From the NCBI GenBank assembly GCA_964448725.1, contig CAYVAJ010000001.1, forward strand, positions 7,525 through 71,524: 64,000 bases of DNA, read 5' to 3'. This document shows positions 50,281-60,733 of the stretch, piece after piece. The stretch comes from an uncultured Gammaproteobacteria bacterium (lineage in GTDB: Bacteria > Patescibacteriota > Microgenomatia > Levybacterales > GWA1-39-11). Made by a program: the position numbers and the translations under genes. The notes beneath the pieces are model-generated. The model had not been told where the DNA came from. It ran no database searches and worked only from the letters and a program-made list of their open reading frames with translations. Position 1 is the first letter of the stretch. Every line of letters starts with the position of its first letter.

Positions 50281-51836
50281 GGAGAAAAATGTTGTAATTT
50301 AGGACGATATTGAAGTGCTTCAAGCACATGATCTGCCGTTATATCTGTTGAAGTAGCAAGATCTGCAATTGTCCGAGCAATCTTTATTACTTTATAATAT
50401 GATCGTGCAGAAAGCGAGAGTTTTTCCATGGCATGAGTTAGAATTTCCTTTGCCTCAGGTGTTATTCGTGCAAATTCTTTCAAATCTTTACTTCCCATCT
50501 CACTATTCGTAAAAATCTTCTTATTTTCAAATCGTGTTTCTTGGATTTTCCGGGCTGCCTGTATCCGTTGGCGCACCGTATGAGAATCCTCGCCATTTTC
50601 ATTATCATTCACCAGCTTTTCTGTTTTTACTGAAGGGACATCTATATGAATATCAATTCTATCCATAATCGGTCCTGATAATTTTTTTTGATACTTAAGT
50701 ATTTGGAATTGAGTACATTGACAAGTACGTGTTGGATCCCCTAAATAACCACATGGACATGGATTTAATGCTGCCACCAACATAAAACGTGCAGGAAAAG
50801 TAACCCTGTCACGAGCACGAGAAATTACTACATATCCATCTTCTAACGGCTGCCGCATTGCTTCAAGTACCATTCGAGTAAATTCTGGGAACTCATCCAA
50901 GAAGAGTATTCCTCTATGTGCAAGAGAAATTTCACCTGGTCTAGGATTTGCAGATCCGCCAATAATTCCCACATGGGAACTTGTGTGATGAGGGCTTCTA
51001 AATGGACGGGTTTTTATAATCTCATCATATTCAAGCATACCTGCCGCACTATACATTTTAGTTACTTCCAGTGCTTCATCAAATGAAAGCGGAGGAAGAA
51101 TTGAAGGAATTGTTTTGGCAATAAGTGTTTTTCCTGCTCCTGGCGATCCTTTTAGTAAAATATTGTGTCCTCCAGCTACGGCCACTTCTATCGCTCGTTT
51201 TACGAACTCTTGCCCATGAATATCTTTCATATCATGAGAATATGCAGTGGCACTTATATGCGCAGAGTATGGAATATGGGGAACAGGATCAAGCAGTGAC
51301 TGTCCAGTTAAATGAAGGTATACTGATTTTAAGTCCCTCACTCCATACACATCAACACCTGAGATAATTGCTGCTTCCCGTGCATTTTCCTGAGGGATAA
51401 ACACTGACGTAATACCATGCTGTTTCGCAAGCAAGACCATAGGTAGAACTCCTTTTGTCCGCCTGAGTGATCCATCAAGAGATAACTCACCAAGAAACAA
51501 ATATTTATCAAAGTCTGTCTGTAATTGTCCGCTGGCAGCAAGTATTGATACTGCTATGGGCAAATCAAATAATGATCCTTCTTTCGGAAGATCACTTGGA
51601 GCAAGGTTTACAGTAATACGTCTAGCAGGAAGATCTGCACCCGTATTTTGGAGAGCAGACCGAACTCGATCACGTGATTCTTCAACCGCTTTATCAGGAA
51701 GACCAACAATGGTAAACGCTGGTAACCCATTGAGGATATCTGTCTCAACTTGCACAAATACACCATCTAAACCAACTAGCGCACAAGATAAAACTCGAGC
51801 TACCATATCATCAGTATAAAAAAAGGCAAGATACAA
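50277..51836 (-). CDS. comM: YifB/ComM family Mg-chelatase-like AAA+ ATPase
   Basis: N-terminal Lon-like domain (LPAFTIVGLPD...), AAA+ Walker A GSPGAGKT, C-terminal Mg-chelatase ChlI-like region. 519 aa. Confidence 0.9.
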   Translation of the reverse strand: MYLAFFYTDDMVARVLSCALVGLDGVFVQVETDILNGLPAFTIVGLPDKAVEESRDRVRSALQNTGADLPARRITVNLAPSDLPKEGSLFDLPIAVSILAASGQLQTDFDKYLFLGELSLDGSLRRTKGVLPMVLLAKQHGITSVFIPQENAREAAIISGVDVYGVRDLKSVYLHLTGQSLLDPVPHIPYSAHISATAYSHDMKDIHGQEFVKRAIEVAVAGGHNILLKGSPGAGKTLIAKTIPSILPPLSFDEALEVTKMYSAAGMLEYDEIIKTRPFRSPHHTSSHVGIIGGSANPRPGEISLAHRGILFLDEFPEFTRMVLEAMRQPLEDGYVVISRARDRVTFPARFMLVAALNPCPCGYLGDPTRTCQCTQFQILKYQKKLSGPIMDRIDIHIDVPSVKTEKLVNDNENGEDSHTVRQRIQAARKIQETRFENKKIFTNSEMGSKDLKEFARITPEAKEILTHAMEKLSLSARSYYKVIKIARTIADLATSTDITADHVLEALQYRPKLQHFSP

Positions 51837-51875
51837 CGCAAAGACTGTTTTTGGCGTGATACAATACGATCAACC

Positions 51876-53651
51876 ATGAACGATGTAGATACAGTAAAAC
51901 AAAAAATTGACCTCATTGACTATATTGGAAGATTCGTGGAACTTGCTCGTGCAGGAAGAAATTTTAAAGGCTTATGTCCCTTTCATAGCGAAAAATCCCC
52001 CTCATTTATGGTGTCTGCTGAACGACAAATTTGGCATTGTTTTGGCTGTCAAAAAGGAGGAGATGCCTTTTCATTTCTTATGGAATATGAAAAAATAGAT
52101 TTTGCTGAAAGCCTCAAAATACTTGCAAAAGAGGTGGGAGTTACTCTAACTCAACCTGTATACCGCACTGAATCAGAACAGAAAAAAGACACCTTATATA
52201 CAATTAATGCAACCGTTGCACAATTTTATCATTACTTACTCACTGAACATCCTGTTGGAAAACAAGCACTTACTTATTTAACTGAGGACAGGGATATGCC
52301 ATCGGGGTTGATTAATAAATTTCAGCTTGGATATGCTCCTCATAAATCGACTGCCTTAGTTGATTATCTGATAAAAAAACGCGGATATAAAACTGAGGAT
52401 ATACAAGCTGCAGGACTTGCCTCTGCTGGACGAGGAAAGCTTACTGATTTTTTTAACCATCGAATCATTTTTCCTATTCAGGATGTCAGAGGAAACATCA
52501 TCGCTTTTTCAGGAAGAGCACTGGATAACGAAACCTTGCCGAAATACATCAACACGAGAGAGACAATGATTTATAAAAAAAGTTCGTCACTTTTTGGGAT
52601 ATTTTTTGCAAAAGATGCAATGCGAAAAGAAAATAAAGTTCTGGTTGTCGAGGGAGAATTTGATGTGATTAGCAGTGTAAAAGAGGGCATAGCACATGTA
52701 GTAGCATTGAAAGGAACAGCATTAACAGAAGATCAGATAAAATTACTGAAACGATATGTCACCAAAGTATTATTTTGTTTTGATTCTGATCTTGCAGGAA
52801 CTGCTGCTCAAAAACGATCAATTGCATTACTGGAAAAAGAAGGTTTGTCAGCAGCAGTTATAGTCCCTCCTGAAGGGAAAGATCCTGATGAATTACTACG
52901 AGAAAACCCTAGCCTCTTTAAAAAGGCGTTAAAAACAGAAGTAAGCGTGTATGATTTTTTAATTGATTCAGCAAAACGTGCAGTAGATCCACATACTCCT
53001 GAAGGGAAAAAAGCAGTACTTGATGAAACATTACCCATGTTATCTCAGATTGATAATGAAGTCATAAAAGAGCATTATTTAAAAAAACTTGCTCAGACAC
53101 TGGAAACATCATATGAATCTGTCCTTCGTCAAAGTAATAAAACTATCTCTAAACCAAGAATAGTTCCTAATATTCCTAAAAAAGAAGCACGAACCCGAGA
53201 AGAAATTACCGAGACTTATTTTCTCGCACTTATGGTACAAGCAAAAAATCCTTATAATGCAATAACTCAAACAATGCCAATATTTGATGGTATAGAACTA
53301 ACATATCCTGCATATCAACGACTATGGACAGAGCTTCTTCAATTCACCCAAGAAAAAAAATCCTTTTCTTTAGATGAATTCTCAAAACAGCTTCCATCTG
53401 AACTCATTGAGACCTTTGACGCATGTTGTCTGGCACCACTTCCTGATTTTGAGACAAAAGAAGACTTTGAGAAAGAAATAAAGAAGGTCGCAACTGATGC
53501 AGCAACACTTGCAGTGCGTAATAAAATAAAATTAATCACTCAACAGGTTCAAGAGTTGGAAAAAAATCCAAATGATGATACAATGACAGAACTGCAAGCA
53601 GAATTTAGCAAGTATACCCAACGTCTTGCGGCAATTAAGCGTGCCTCTTGA
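51876..53651 (+). CDS. dnaG: DNA primase DnaG
   Basis: Zinc ribbon [13 protein letters not shown]...[24 protein letters not shown]...DSDLAG. 591 aa. Confidence 0.9.
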   Translation: MNDVDTVKQKIDLIDYIGRFVELARAGRNFKGLCPFHSEKSPSFMVSAERQIWHCFGCQKGGDAFSFLMEYEKIDFAESLKILAKEVGVTLTQPVYRTESEQKKDTLYTINATVAQFYHYLLTEHPVGKQALTYLTEDRDMPSGLINKFQLGYAPHKSTALVDYLIKKRGYKTEDIQAAGLASAGRGKLTDFFNHRIIFPIQDVRGNIIAFSGRALDNETLPKYINTRETMIYKKSSSLFGIFFAKDAMRKENKVLVVEGEFDVISSVKEGIAHVVALKGTALTEDQIKLLKRYVTKVLFCFDSDLAGTAAQKRSIALLEKEGLSAAVIVPPEGKDPDELLRENPSLFKKALKTEVSVYDFLIDSAKRAVDPHTPEGKKAVLDETLPMLSQIDNEVIKEHYLKKLAQTLETSYESVLRQSNKTISKPRIVPNIPKKEARTREEITETYFLALMVQAKNPYNAITQTMPIFDGIELTYPAYQRLWTELLQFTQEKKSFSLDEFSKQLPSELIETFDACCLAPLPDFETKEDFEKEIKKVATDAATLAVRNKIKLITQQVQELEKNPNDDTMTELQAEFSKYTQRLAAIKRAS

Positions 53652-54775
53652 ATAGGCTTGTAGTTTTTTGTTACAATAGAGCAATGCCGCAACCCCAAAA
53701 TATTAAAAATTCCAAAATTGAAGAACTTCTAGCAACCGCAAAAAAGCGTGGATACATATCACAAGATGAAATCCTAACTGCGTTTCCTCAACCAGAAAAT
53801 CACATTCTTGAGCTTGATAGCCTCTATGATCAGTTGATTAAAAAAGAAATTGATATTTTTGAGACAGTCGAAGAAGAAAAAGATGCGCAGAAATCAATGG
53901 ATGATTTAGAGAAAGAACTAGAAGCTCTTAATATTATTCAGGGTGGGGCAGTTACAGATCCAGTTCGCATGTATCTCAAAGAAATCGGTCGTATTCCACT
54001 TCTTACTTTTGACCAAGAAGTTGACCTTGCAAAAAGACTTGAAGCAGGAGATATGTCAGCCCGCAAAAAGCTTGTTGAGTCGAACTTAAGACTCGTTGTT
54101 TCAATTGCTAAAAAATATGTTGGAAGGGGAATGGGTTTGTTAGATCTTATTCAAGAAGGAAATCAAGGATTAATCCGCGCAGTTGAAAAATATGATTGGA
54201 AAAAAGGTTTCAAGTTCTCAACATATGCAACCTGGTGGATTAGACAAGCAATTACCCGTGCAATTGCCGATCAAGCCAGAACAATTCGTATTCCAGTACA
54301 CATGGTCGAAAATATTAACCGATTCATGCGCGTTCAACGAAAACTCATGCAAGAGCTCGGTCGGCAACCTACCCCTGAAGAAATATCAGAAGTACTTGAA
54401 ATCGAACCAGATAAAGCTCGGGAAATCATCAAAATTTCGCAACAACCAACAAGTCTTGATACACCAGTCGGTGATGAAGAGGATTCATATCTTGGTGATT
54501 TTATATATGACGTCACTGCACCTACTCTTTTTGACACGGCTTCTCGCGGTTTATTAAAAGAACAGCTCAACTCAGTACTTGGCACACTATCTGACCGTGA
54601 ACGGCGAGTTATTGAAGAACGCTTTGGACTCCGAGATGGAAAACCAAAAACATTAGAAGAGGTTGGTCGTATGTTTGCAGTTACCCGTGAACGTATTCGC
54701 CAGATCGAAGCGAAAGCTCTCCGTAAATTAAGACATCCTTCTCGAGGTAACAAACTAAAAGACTATCTAGAATAA
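53648..54775 (+). CDS. rpoD: RNA polymerase sigma factor RpoD (primary sigma-70)
   Basis: Regions 1.2-4.2 present: [34 protein letters not shown], and region 4 [15 protein letters not shown]...TLEEVG...[13 protein letters not shown]. Confidence 0.9.
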   Translation: MNRLVVFCYNRAMPQPQNIKNSKIEELLATAKKRGYISQDEILTAFPQPENHILELDSLYDQLIKKEIDIFETVEEEKDAQKSMDDLEKELEALNIIQGGAVTDPVRMYLKEIGRIPLLTFDQEVDLAKRLEAGDMSARKKLVESNLRLVVSIAKKYVGRGMGLLDLIQEGNQGLIRAVEKYDWKKGFKFSTYATWWIRQAITRAIADQARTIRIPVHMVENINRFMRVQRKLMQELGRQPTPEEISEVLEIEPDKAREIIKISQQPTSLDTPVGDEEDSYLGDFIYDVTAPTLFDTASRGLLKEQLNSVLGTLSDRERRVIEERFGLRDGKPKTLEEVGRMFAVTRERIRQIEAKALRKLRHPSRGNKLKDYLE

Positions 54776-54815
54776 AATTGACCAAAGCTGGTGTTCAGTA
54801 TATAATCCCCACATT

Positions 54816-56051
54816 ATGGCAATTGAACAATCTCCTCATACGAACGGAGCAGAAGATCAAGAGCGCATTCCTACAAGTCTTGCACTCATAGAAGATAATG
54901 AGCAAGAAATAAGCATCCTAATTGGACCACAAAATCCTTTACAGCCATCAGAACACGAGTATGTCGCTCATGTATTAAAAAATCTACAAGATAGAATTAT
55001 CGATGTGTCTGAAGAATCATCGTATGATATTGACGATGTAGGGTATATCCTTCGAGAAATTGGTAAATATCCACTTCTCACAGAACATGAGGAGAGAATT
55101 CTTACCTCATCATATCGCCGAATTAACCAGGAAATTAAAAATCTTATCAAAATCAATTCAGATGATGAATTTGAAGATAATAGTTTTGAAATAAACACAG
55201 ATACTATGTCTGATAAAGAAAAGGAGTTTTTCTTACATGAAGGGGATATAACAGAAATATCTGAAAAATACGAAAGCAAAGATTATTCTGAAGAAGAAAT
55301 AAAAGAAAAATTATCTATCCTTTACCCCTCTCGGAATATAATCAGAGACACACTCGTGAATCATAATCTGCGCCTCGTATTTAGTATTGCAAAAAAACAT
55401 ACTGGACGAGGAATATCTCTACCTGATCTTTTCAATGAAGGAAGTATTGGATTAATGTCTGCAATAGAGAGATTTCAACCTGAACTTGGATATAGATTCT
55501 CAACTTACGCTACTTTTTGGATACGACAAGGAATAGGGCGAAGCATAGCAGATACTAGCAGAACAATAAGACTCCCTGTTCATGAATATGATTTTTTTAA
55601 TAAAATAAGGAACACTGATTCTGCTCTATCTTTAAAACTCGGAAGGAAGCCAACCCTGGATGAAATCGCAGTAGAAATGGACGTACCGCAAAAAGAAATA
55701 GAAAAACGTTATAGTAGCGCAGCCCATAAATTAACCACCAGTATTCATACCATTGTGAATGACGAAAAAAAAAGTGAGTTGGGAAATTTCATACCAGATC
55801 CTGATGATCAAATAGAACACATAATTGAGAATGCAGATTATGAAACAATTATTAAGATCGCTCAAGATCTTTTAACTGAACGGGAGTTTGATGTTTTTAT
55901 GAGAAGAGTTGCAACACATCCATCTGAACGTGAAACACTAGACGATGTGGGAAAATTACATGGAATATCCAGAGAAAGAATTCGACAAATTGAGGTAAAA
56001 TCAATGAGGAAAATGGCAAAGGCTCTTAAAGGAAAAGGATACTCTCTTTAA
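54816..56051 (+). CDS. second sigma-70 family sigma factor (group 1/2-like paralog with acidic insertion)
   Basis: LRLVFSIAKKHTGRGISLPDLFNEGSIGLMSAIERF, FSTYATFWIRQGIGRSIAD (region 2). Region 4 [28 protein letters not shown]. 411 aa. Confidence 0.8.
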   Translation: MAIEQSPHTNGAEDQERIPTSLALIEDNEQEISILIGPQNPLQPSEHEYVAHVLKNLQDRIIDVSEESSYDIDDVGYILREIGKYPLLTEHEERILTSSYRRINQEIKNLIKINSDDEFEDNSFEINTDTMSDKEKEFFLHEGDITEISEKYESKDYSEEEIKEKLSILYPSRNIIRDTLVNHNLRLVFSIAKKHTGRGISLPDLFNEGSIGLMSAIERFQPELGYRFSTYATFWIRQGIGRSIADTSRTIRLPVHEYDFFNKIRNTDSALSLKLGRKPTLDEIAVEMDVPQKEIEKRYSSAAHKLTTSIHTIVNDEKKSELGNFIPDPDDQIEHIIENADYETIIKIAQDLLTEREFDVFMRRVATHPSERETLDDVGKLHGISRERIRQIEVKSMRKMAKALKGKGYSL

Positions 56052-56095
56052 ATTCTTTGCATTTCAGATTCAATATTGTATAATCGAAAAACGAT

Positions 56096-56375
56096 TCCGC
56101 GATAGCTCAATGGTAGAGCAGGTCGCTGTAAACATAAATGCAGCTCTCGGTAGAAATGCCGAGATGATAACTGGGCTAATTCGGGGAAACCCACACCAAT
56201 AGGTGTTGGGCGATCCCGAGCTAAATTGATGCACAATCTAGTACATCATAAATGTGTAGAGACTATATACCCAGGATCTAAATCGAAAGACATGATCAAG
56301 AGATAGTCCAAGCCTTTTGGTAACAAGAGGAAACTTGTAACGACAAGGTTCTAGGTTCGAATCCTAGTCGCGGAG
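56096..56375 (+). tRNA. tRNA-Asn(GTT) interrupted by a group I intron between anticodon positions 35 and 36 (exons 56096..56129 and 56338..56375)
   Basis: Exon 1 TCCGCGA-TA-GCTC-AATGGTA-GAGC-A-GGTCG-CTGT. Exon 2 TAA-CGACA-AGGTT-CTAGG-TTCGAAT-CCTAG-TCGCGGA-G. Spliced anticodon loop CTGTTAA, discriminator G, U1-A72 as in bacterial tRNA-Asn. Confidence 0.75.
56130..56337 (+). ncRNA. group I self-splicing intron (208 nt, tRNA-anticodon-loop type)
   Basis: P1 GCUGU|AAACAUAAAU-GCAGC with U.G at the 5' splice site. P-like ATTCGGGGAAACCC and Q-like GATCCCGAGC. R-like GTAGAGACTATA (about 56255) and S-like AAGAGATAGTCC (about 56298) forming P7 GACUA/UAGUC. Terminal G (CTTG|TAA). Confidence 0.75.
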
Positions 56376-57932
56376 CCCATTAGTCGTTAATATACCCAAT
56401 TTGGCCTTGTTTAGGACATCTATAACTGGCTGATACTGTATATTAACGACTTTTTTGTTTTCAATTAGGATTTTTTCAAAGAAGAAGTTCAAATAGGCAC
56501 GTTTCGCATTAGTATCTGCTTCCTTATAGGTTGTGGCTATATCCCGTGTTAGTGCTAGTACATCATCAACAATTTTGACATCGATAGTACGGATTTTATT
56601 TATATCCGCTAGCTCTTTTTGAACCTCTAGCATTTCTGCATCAATTTTGGCGTTTAGAACCATAAACCTATCCCGTGTAATAGTTCCTTCTAGTAGCTCT
56701 TCCTCCAATCGTTCCCGCTTTATTTCTAGGGCATCTCTGCGGTTGTAGGATCCCTTTTTGGCTACTTTCACCCGCTCATTGGTATTCTCATATACCTTAC
56801 GGACATTACGCTTTACTGCTTCTATGAATTCTTGGCTAAATTGTAGCTTTTCAACTTCTTTCTCTACCTGTTTTTCCAATTCGTCTATTTCAACATAGCT
56901 AGTAGGGCATTTATGGACACGGCCAATGCCACTGCAATGATAATAGCCAATCCTGCCACCCCTGTTAGCAAATTTCTTCTCATTAACATGCCATTCTGCC
57001 GTGTATCGTTTATCACATAGATTGCAAATAGCCACACCTCGTAATAGGAAATTATGCTTCCGTTGCCTAATGCCAAAATCACCTTTTCTTCGTAGTGTGT
57101 ACTGGACTATATCGAATGTCTTTTTATCAATTAGTGGGATATGTTTTCCCATAGCTTCCATGCCTCCGTATCGCATCCATCCCCAATAAAAAGGGTTCTT
57201 TAAGATGTTGTGCATTAGTGAATAGGCTAATGGCCTTCCTGTTTTGCCTCGCACTCCACTATTGTGCAAGTATTCACGAACTGAAAATATTGAATGGCTG
57301 CCTGTTGCGTACATCTTAAATGCTTGGGTAATGAATGGTGCGGTTTGTGGATCAGGAACAATTATGCGTTTGTCATACGATCCCGTAGGGTTCTTATTGA
57401 CTACATTCATATAACCAACAATAGCTACTGATGGGTAATATCCCGCTTTGAATTTCTCGGCTGCTGTTTGTTTGACTTTATAACTGGTTAGTCTTGGTTG
57501 TATTGAATGGACTACCGCTATCATTTCGTCCATAACTTCGGATAGCGGATTATCATCCATGCTTACAGATCCTGTTAATGGAACAATAGTAGTACCGTGT
57601 TTCTTTAGAGTTTGTTTGATAAATAAATACTCATAGGTGTTTCTTGCTACCCGTGAACTATCCTGCACAATTACATAGTCAATATCTCCTTTTGCACATC
57701 TGGCTAGGATTGCTTGAAATGCGGTTCGTTTATCTAAAGATGTACCGCTAATGCCACCATCAACATATATTTCTTCTGCCAACTCACCACCCAATTCTTC
57801 AACCTTTCCTAATATCTTTGTCTTTTGAACATCTAAACTCAATCCGTTATCACGCTGGCCAACTGTGGAAACCCTGCCATATCCTAAACATCGGGGAATA
57901 TTATTAGTATGCTGGATAGTATCAATTCTCAT
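56364..57932 (-). CDS. large serine recombinase (integrase-type, resolvase N-domain + recombinase domain + zinc ribbon + coiled coil)
   Basis: LGYGRVSTVGQ catalytic serine motif, recombinase domain, CNLCDKRY...YYHC zinc ribbon, long coiled-coil C-terminus. Its 3' end overlaps the last 12 nt of tRNA-Asn. Confidence 0.9.
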   Translation of the reverse strand: MRIDTIQHTNNIPRCLGYGRVSTVGQRDNGLSLDVQKTKILGKVEELGGELAEEIYVDGGISGTSLDKRTAFQAILARCAKGDIDYVIVQDSSRVARNTYEYLFIKQTLKKHGTTIVPLTGSVSMDDNPLSEVMDEMIAVVHSIQPRLTSYKVKQTAAEKFKAGYYPSVAIVGYMNVVNKNPTGSYDKRIIVPDPQTAPFITQAFKMYATGSHSIFSVREYLHNSGVRGKTGRPLAYSLMHNILKNPFYWGWMRYGGMEAMGKHIPLIDKKTFDIVQYTLRRKGDFGIRQRKHNFLLRGVAICNLCDKRYTAEWHVNEKKFANRGGRIGYYHCSGIGRVHKCPTSYVEIDELEKQVEKEVEKLQFSQEFIEAVKRNVRKVYENTNERVKVAKKGSYNRRDALEIKRERLEEELLEGTITRDRFMVLNAKIDAEMLEVQKELADINKIRTIDVKIVDDVLALTRDIATTYKEADTNAKRAYLNFFFEKILIENKKVVNIQYQPVIDVLNKAKLGILTTNGLRD

Positions 57933-58430
57933 AATTCTCTAGTATTTCAATCATCGCTGATTAAACTCAGGCTGGATTCAGCTTAGGAAATTTAGCCGAT
58001 TTCTGTAAGCCTTTCTTATCTTTTGACAGTAGGAAATCAACCATCATTTCAACCCATTTCTCCGCCAACATATCTATGTCATCCTCACGGAGGGGAGTAG
58101 CATTTTTAAGTCGCGTGTTGTTGGTGTTCTTACCGATCTTCTTCATGTTAGTTACTGCTTGGATTAATATCCCTATTTACAAGAAATATGCGACTCGCGA
58201 ATGTATGCGGGGATGTGGGTATTGCGAAAAACTGACTCTTAGTAGTCTTACGATTCTGCCTTAAATGACTGTTAATGAGTCTTTTACAAGAATAAAGTGA
58301 GGAATTACATTGAGGTAAATAAACTATGCTATGTGTACATATGTATACATAAGTTATGTAAACATTTAGTCCATATAAGTGAGTAAACATAAGATTGTTG
58401 TTTGATGTAATGTTTGTAATAGGCATAGAA

Positions 58431-58796
58431 TTAGAAAGGTATTTCGTCAGGATCTATATCTTCAATTTTCGGCGACAAAGCATTTTCGATTAGCTCGTAC
58501 TCTTTGGGATGATAGTGTTCTTTAGCTTTTTGCTTGAACTCTTGGATTACTTGTGCTGTCAGGTTTTTGAATTTAGCCTCATCGAGAACAATAAAACTTT
58601 TTTGATTACCAAATTTACCAAGGGAGGGCATGGTAAAAAATAATTCAGTTTTGTTACCTTTCCAAAATATCGGACAAAATCTCACTTCCGCTTCTTGGTT
58701 GAGGTTCAGTGTGACAATCGCAAGGGGGTTTTCATCAATACCTCGAAATTTTATTTTTATTGTTAAGAAATCAAAAATGCTCATTTCCATATTCAT
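58431..58796 (-). CDS. hypothetical protein (element cargo)
   Basis: 121-aa ORF. No motif. Confidence 0.35.
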   Translation of the reverse strand: MNMEMSIFDFLTIKIKFRGIDENPLAIVTLNLNQEAEVRFCPIFWKGNKTELFFTMPSLGKFGNQKSFIVLDEAKFKNLTAQVIQEFKQKAKEHYHPKEYELIENALSPKIEDIDPDEIPF

Positions 58797-58812
58797 AAAA
58801 AAGACAGCTATT

Positions 58813-59070
58813 TTAGCTGCCTAGATATAAAAGATGCTTCAATTGTTTTAGTGATGCTTGGAATCTCGTCGGTTCAACTCTTGCCTCCATTTTGGAGAAT
58901 TTAGCCACAAGCCGTAAGCAATTATCAGTGTTAGGAAATAGAAAGGTTCCACGATTGGTTAAATCTCTATTAATTCCGCTTAGTTCAATGCCTTCTGTTA
59001 GAAGAAATGCTGCAAGTCCAATATCAGTTGTTTTGAAGAATTTATCATCCTGCATTTTCATAGTAACCAC
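58813..59070 (-). CDS. small hypothetical protein (phage-associated small-protein-like)
   Basis: 85-aa ORF. DIGLAAFLLTEG segment reminiscent of small phage/plasmid proteins. Unverified. Confidence 0.3.
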   Translation of the reverse strand: MVTMKMQDDKFFKTTDIGLAAFLLTEGIELSGINRDLTNRGTFLFPNTDNCLRLVAKFSKMEARVEPTRFQASLKQLKHLLYLGS

Positions 59071-59127
59071 ATTGTCCTAAAAATGCGGATGAATTCGAAT
59101 GAAACTTACAAACTCGTAAAATGCAGG

Positions 59128-59922
59128 TTAGATTGCGAGAAGTTTTTTATAGTAGGTTACGCCTTTTAGAATTCTGTTCTCGTCAGAACCAGAATCGGAA
59201 GAATCAACATTAGGATTATCCATCCATTCTGTTGCAATTTGAACATATGTTTTACCAGCTAAATGTTGCCAATACCATTCACGATATGCACGAATTTTGT
59301 TAACCTTATCAACACGTGGCTTGTAATAAGAAAGCTTTTTATCTGTTTTTAATAGGTATCTAGCAAACCTTACCTGTTCTTTGATCTCAACATCTGTAGA
59401 CGTTGGAGAAACGGAAATCACAACTTGCGGAAGTTGAAAGCTTCCCGTAGTGGTTTGTAACCAATCATTTTCAACAATATGGTATTTTGTAGGATAAAAA
59501 TAATCACCATCAACTGCACCACATAGTAATGCTTGAAGTACAGGTACTAGAAAATATGGTGGACGGCTAAAAATATAACATAGGATTACTGCATCTGTTT
59601 CTAGTTTTTGATATAGCTCTGCATCATTGTCCTCTAAATTAGTCAGGAATGTTTCATTTTGTTTTGCATATTCCTTCAAGCCCTTAATGTCCTCATATAG
59701 CGACATATCGAATCTACCACGATCAACACTATCAAAAGAGTTAATAACTTCATCGTATTTATCCAATGGTGCTAGTTTTAAGTGGTATTTATTCCTTATT
59801 TTTGGTAGCCATTCCAAAAATTCTGGTTTATCAAACAGTATGGATAGCTCTAGGAAATTTCTATCATTATCGGTTTGAACATCAATTTTTAGCCGTGCCA
59901 AATCCTCATACTTCATTTTCAT
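59128..59922 (-). CDS. hypothetical protein (element cargo)
   Basis: 264-aa ORF. No motif. Confidence 0.35.
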   Translation of the reverse strand: MKMKYEDLARLKIDVQTDNDRNFLELSILFDKPEFLEWLPKIRNKYHLKLAPLDKYDEVINSFDSVDRGRFDMSLYEDIKGLKEYAKQNETFLTNLEDNDAELYQKLETDAVILCYIFSRPPYFLVPVLQALLCGAVDGDYFYPTKYHIVENDWLQTTTGSFQLPQVVISVSPTSTDVEIKEQVRFARYLLKTDKKLSYYKPRVDKVNKIRAYREWYWQHLAGKTYVQIATEWMDNPNVDSSDSGSDENRILKGVTYYKKLLAI

Positions 59923-60733
59923 GCTAACTACATTTTACAAGAAAAAATGGATACACCCTATAGAGCCGAGCAATTTGATACAAAATCAGGTAAAATACTC
60001 ACTTAGTGGGGAAATTATGAAAATATTAAAGAGTGCCATTATCGAGCTTGTTAAAAAAAGCAGTATGCCCGATGAACTACATCAGAAGCTAGAAGATCAA
60101 GATTATGAATATGTATACGTAGCGCTCTTAAATGAAGGGCTGTTATCATTTGACGAATACAAGAGGTTACGAAAAGAATACTACGAAAGGAATAAATATC
60201 TCCCTATCATTCAAATAACATCTCCTCGCGCTTTTGGTGAAACTTGGGCAGAAAAACATATCACAGAAACTATTCCACAATTTGAGGCAGCACGTAACAT
60301 CAAGGGGTTAAAAACTCAAGGAATGTATGATGTTGTTTACAGGAAAGATGTTGAATCATTTGATGACGTTATAAAAATGGAAGTAAAAGCTGGAAGAGCA
60401 ATAGATAGGAGTATGCATAATATGCCTTACGATAGAAGGGCGCTAATAAGCGATGAGGTTGATAGAAAATTCGATATGAACTTTCAACAAATGAAGCCTG
60501 ATTGCTTCGATGTAGCCATTTTAATCGGTGTATGGACAGACAAGATAAGATATTGGGTATTTAGTTCAAATGAAATGAGAGAACACAAACATTTTTCATC
60601 AGGACAACATAGAGGCAACAAAGGATATGAGGGACAAATTCACATTAAGACAGAGAATTTGCAGGACTTTAGTCAATTCGAAGTAGAAGAAAGTGAAATC
60701 TTTGAGACAGTATTAAGAAAAGCCGGTAGATAA
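59921..60733 (+). CDS. hypothetical protein, candidate restriction endonuclease partner of the adjacent methyltransferase
   Basis: Convergent with the MTase and overlapping its 3' end by 21 nt. Possible PD-(D/E)xK-like SFDDVIKMEVK. Speculative. Confidence 0.3.
   Translation: MLTTFYKKKWIHPIEPSNLIQNQVKYSLSGEIMKILKSAIIELVKKSSMPDELHQKLEDQDYEYVYVALLNEGLLSFDEYKRLRKEYYERNKYLPIIQITSPRAFGETWAEKHITETIPQFEAARNIKGLKTQGMYDVVYRKDVESFDDVIKMEVKAGRAIDRSMHNMPYDRRALISDEVDRKFDMNFQQMKPDCFDVAILIGVWTDKIRYWVFSSNEMREHKHFSSGQHRGNKGYEGQIHIKTENLQDFSQFEVEESEIFETVLRKAGR

Noticed and set aside
56048-56236. 62-aa ORF on minus strand
   Set aside because: Lies inside the tRNA-Asn exon 1 and the group I intron.
56096-56375. 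Alternative identities for the split tRNA (Tyr GUA from exon-1 continuation CTGTAAA, or Thr UGU from CTTGTAA preceding exon 2)
   Set aside because: Both require splice junctions that do not end the 5' exon in U paired to G in P1 or do not follow a terminal intron G. Only ...GCUGU|...G|UAA gives a standard P1/omega-G geometry, yielding GUU (Asn).
57933-58075. 34-aa minus-strand ORF (MLAEKWVEMMVDFLLSKDKKGLQKSAKFPKLNPA) upstream of the serine integrase as a candidate recombination directionality factor
   Set aside because: Too short and motif-less to call. RDFs are not recognisable by sequence. Left as speculation.
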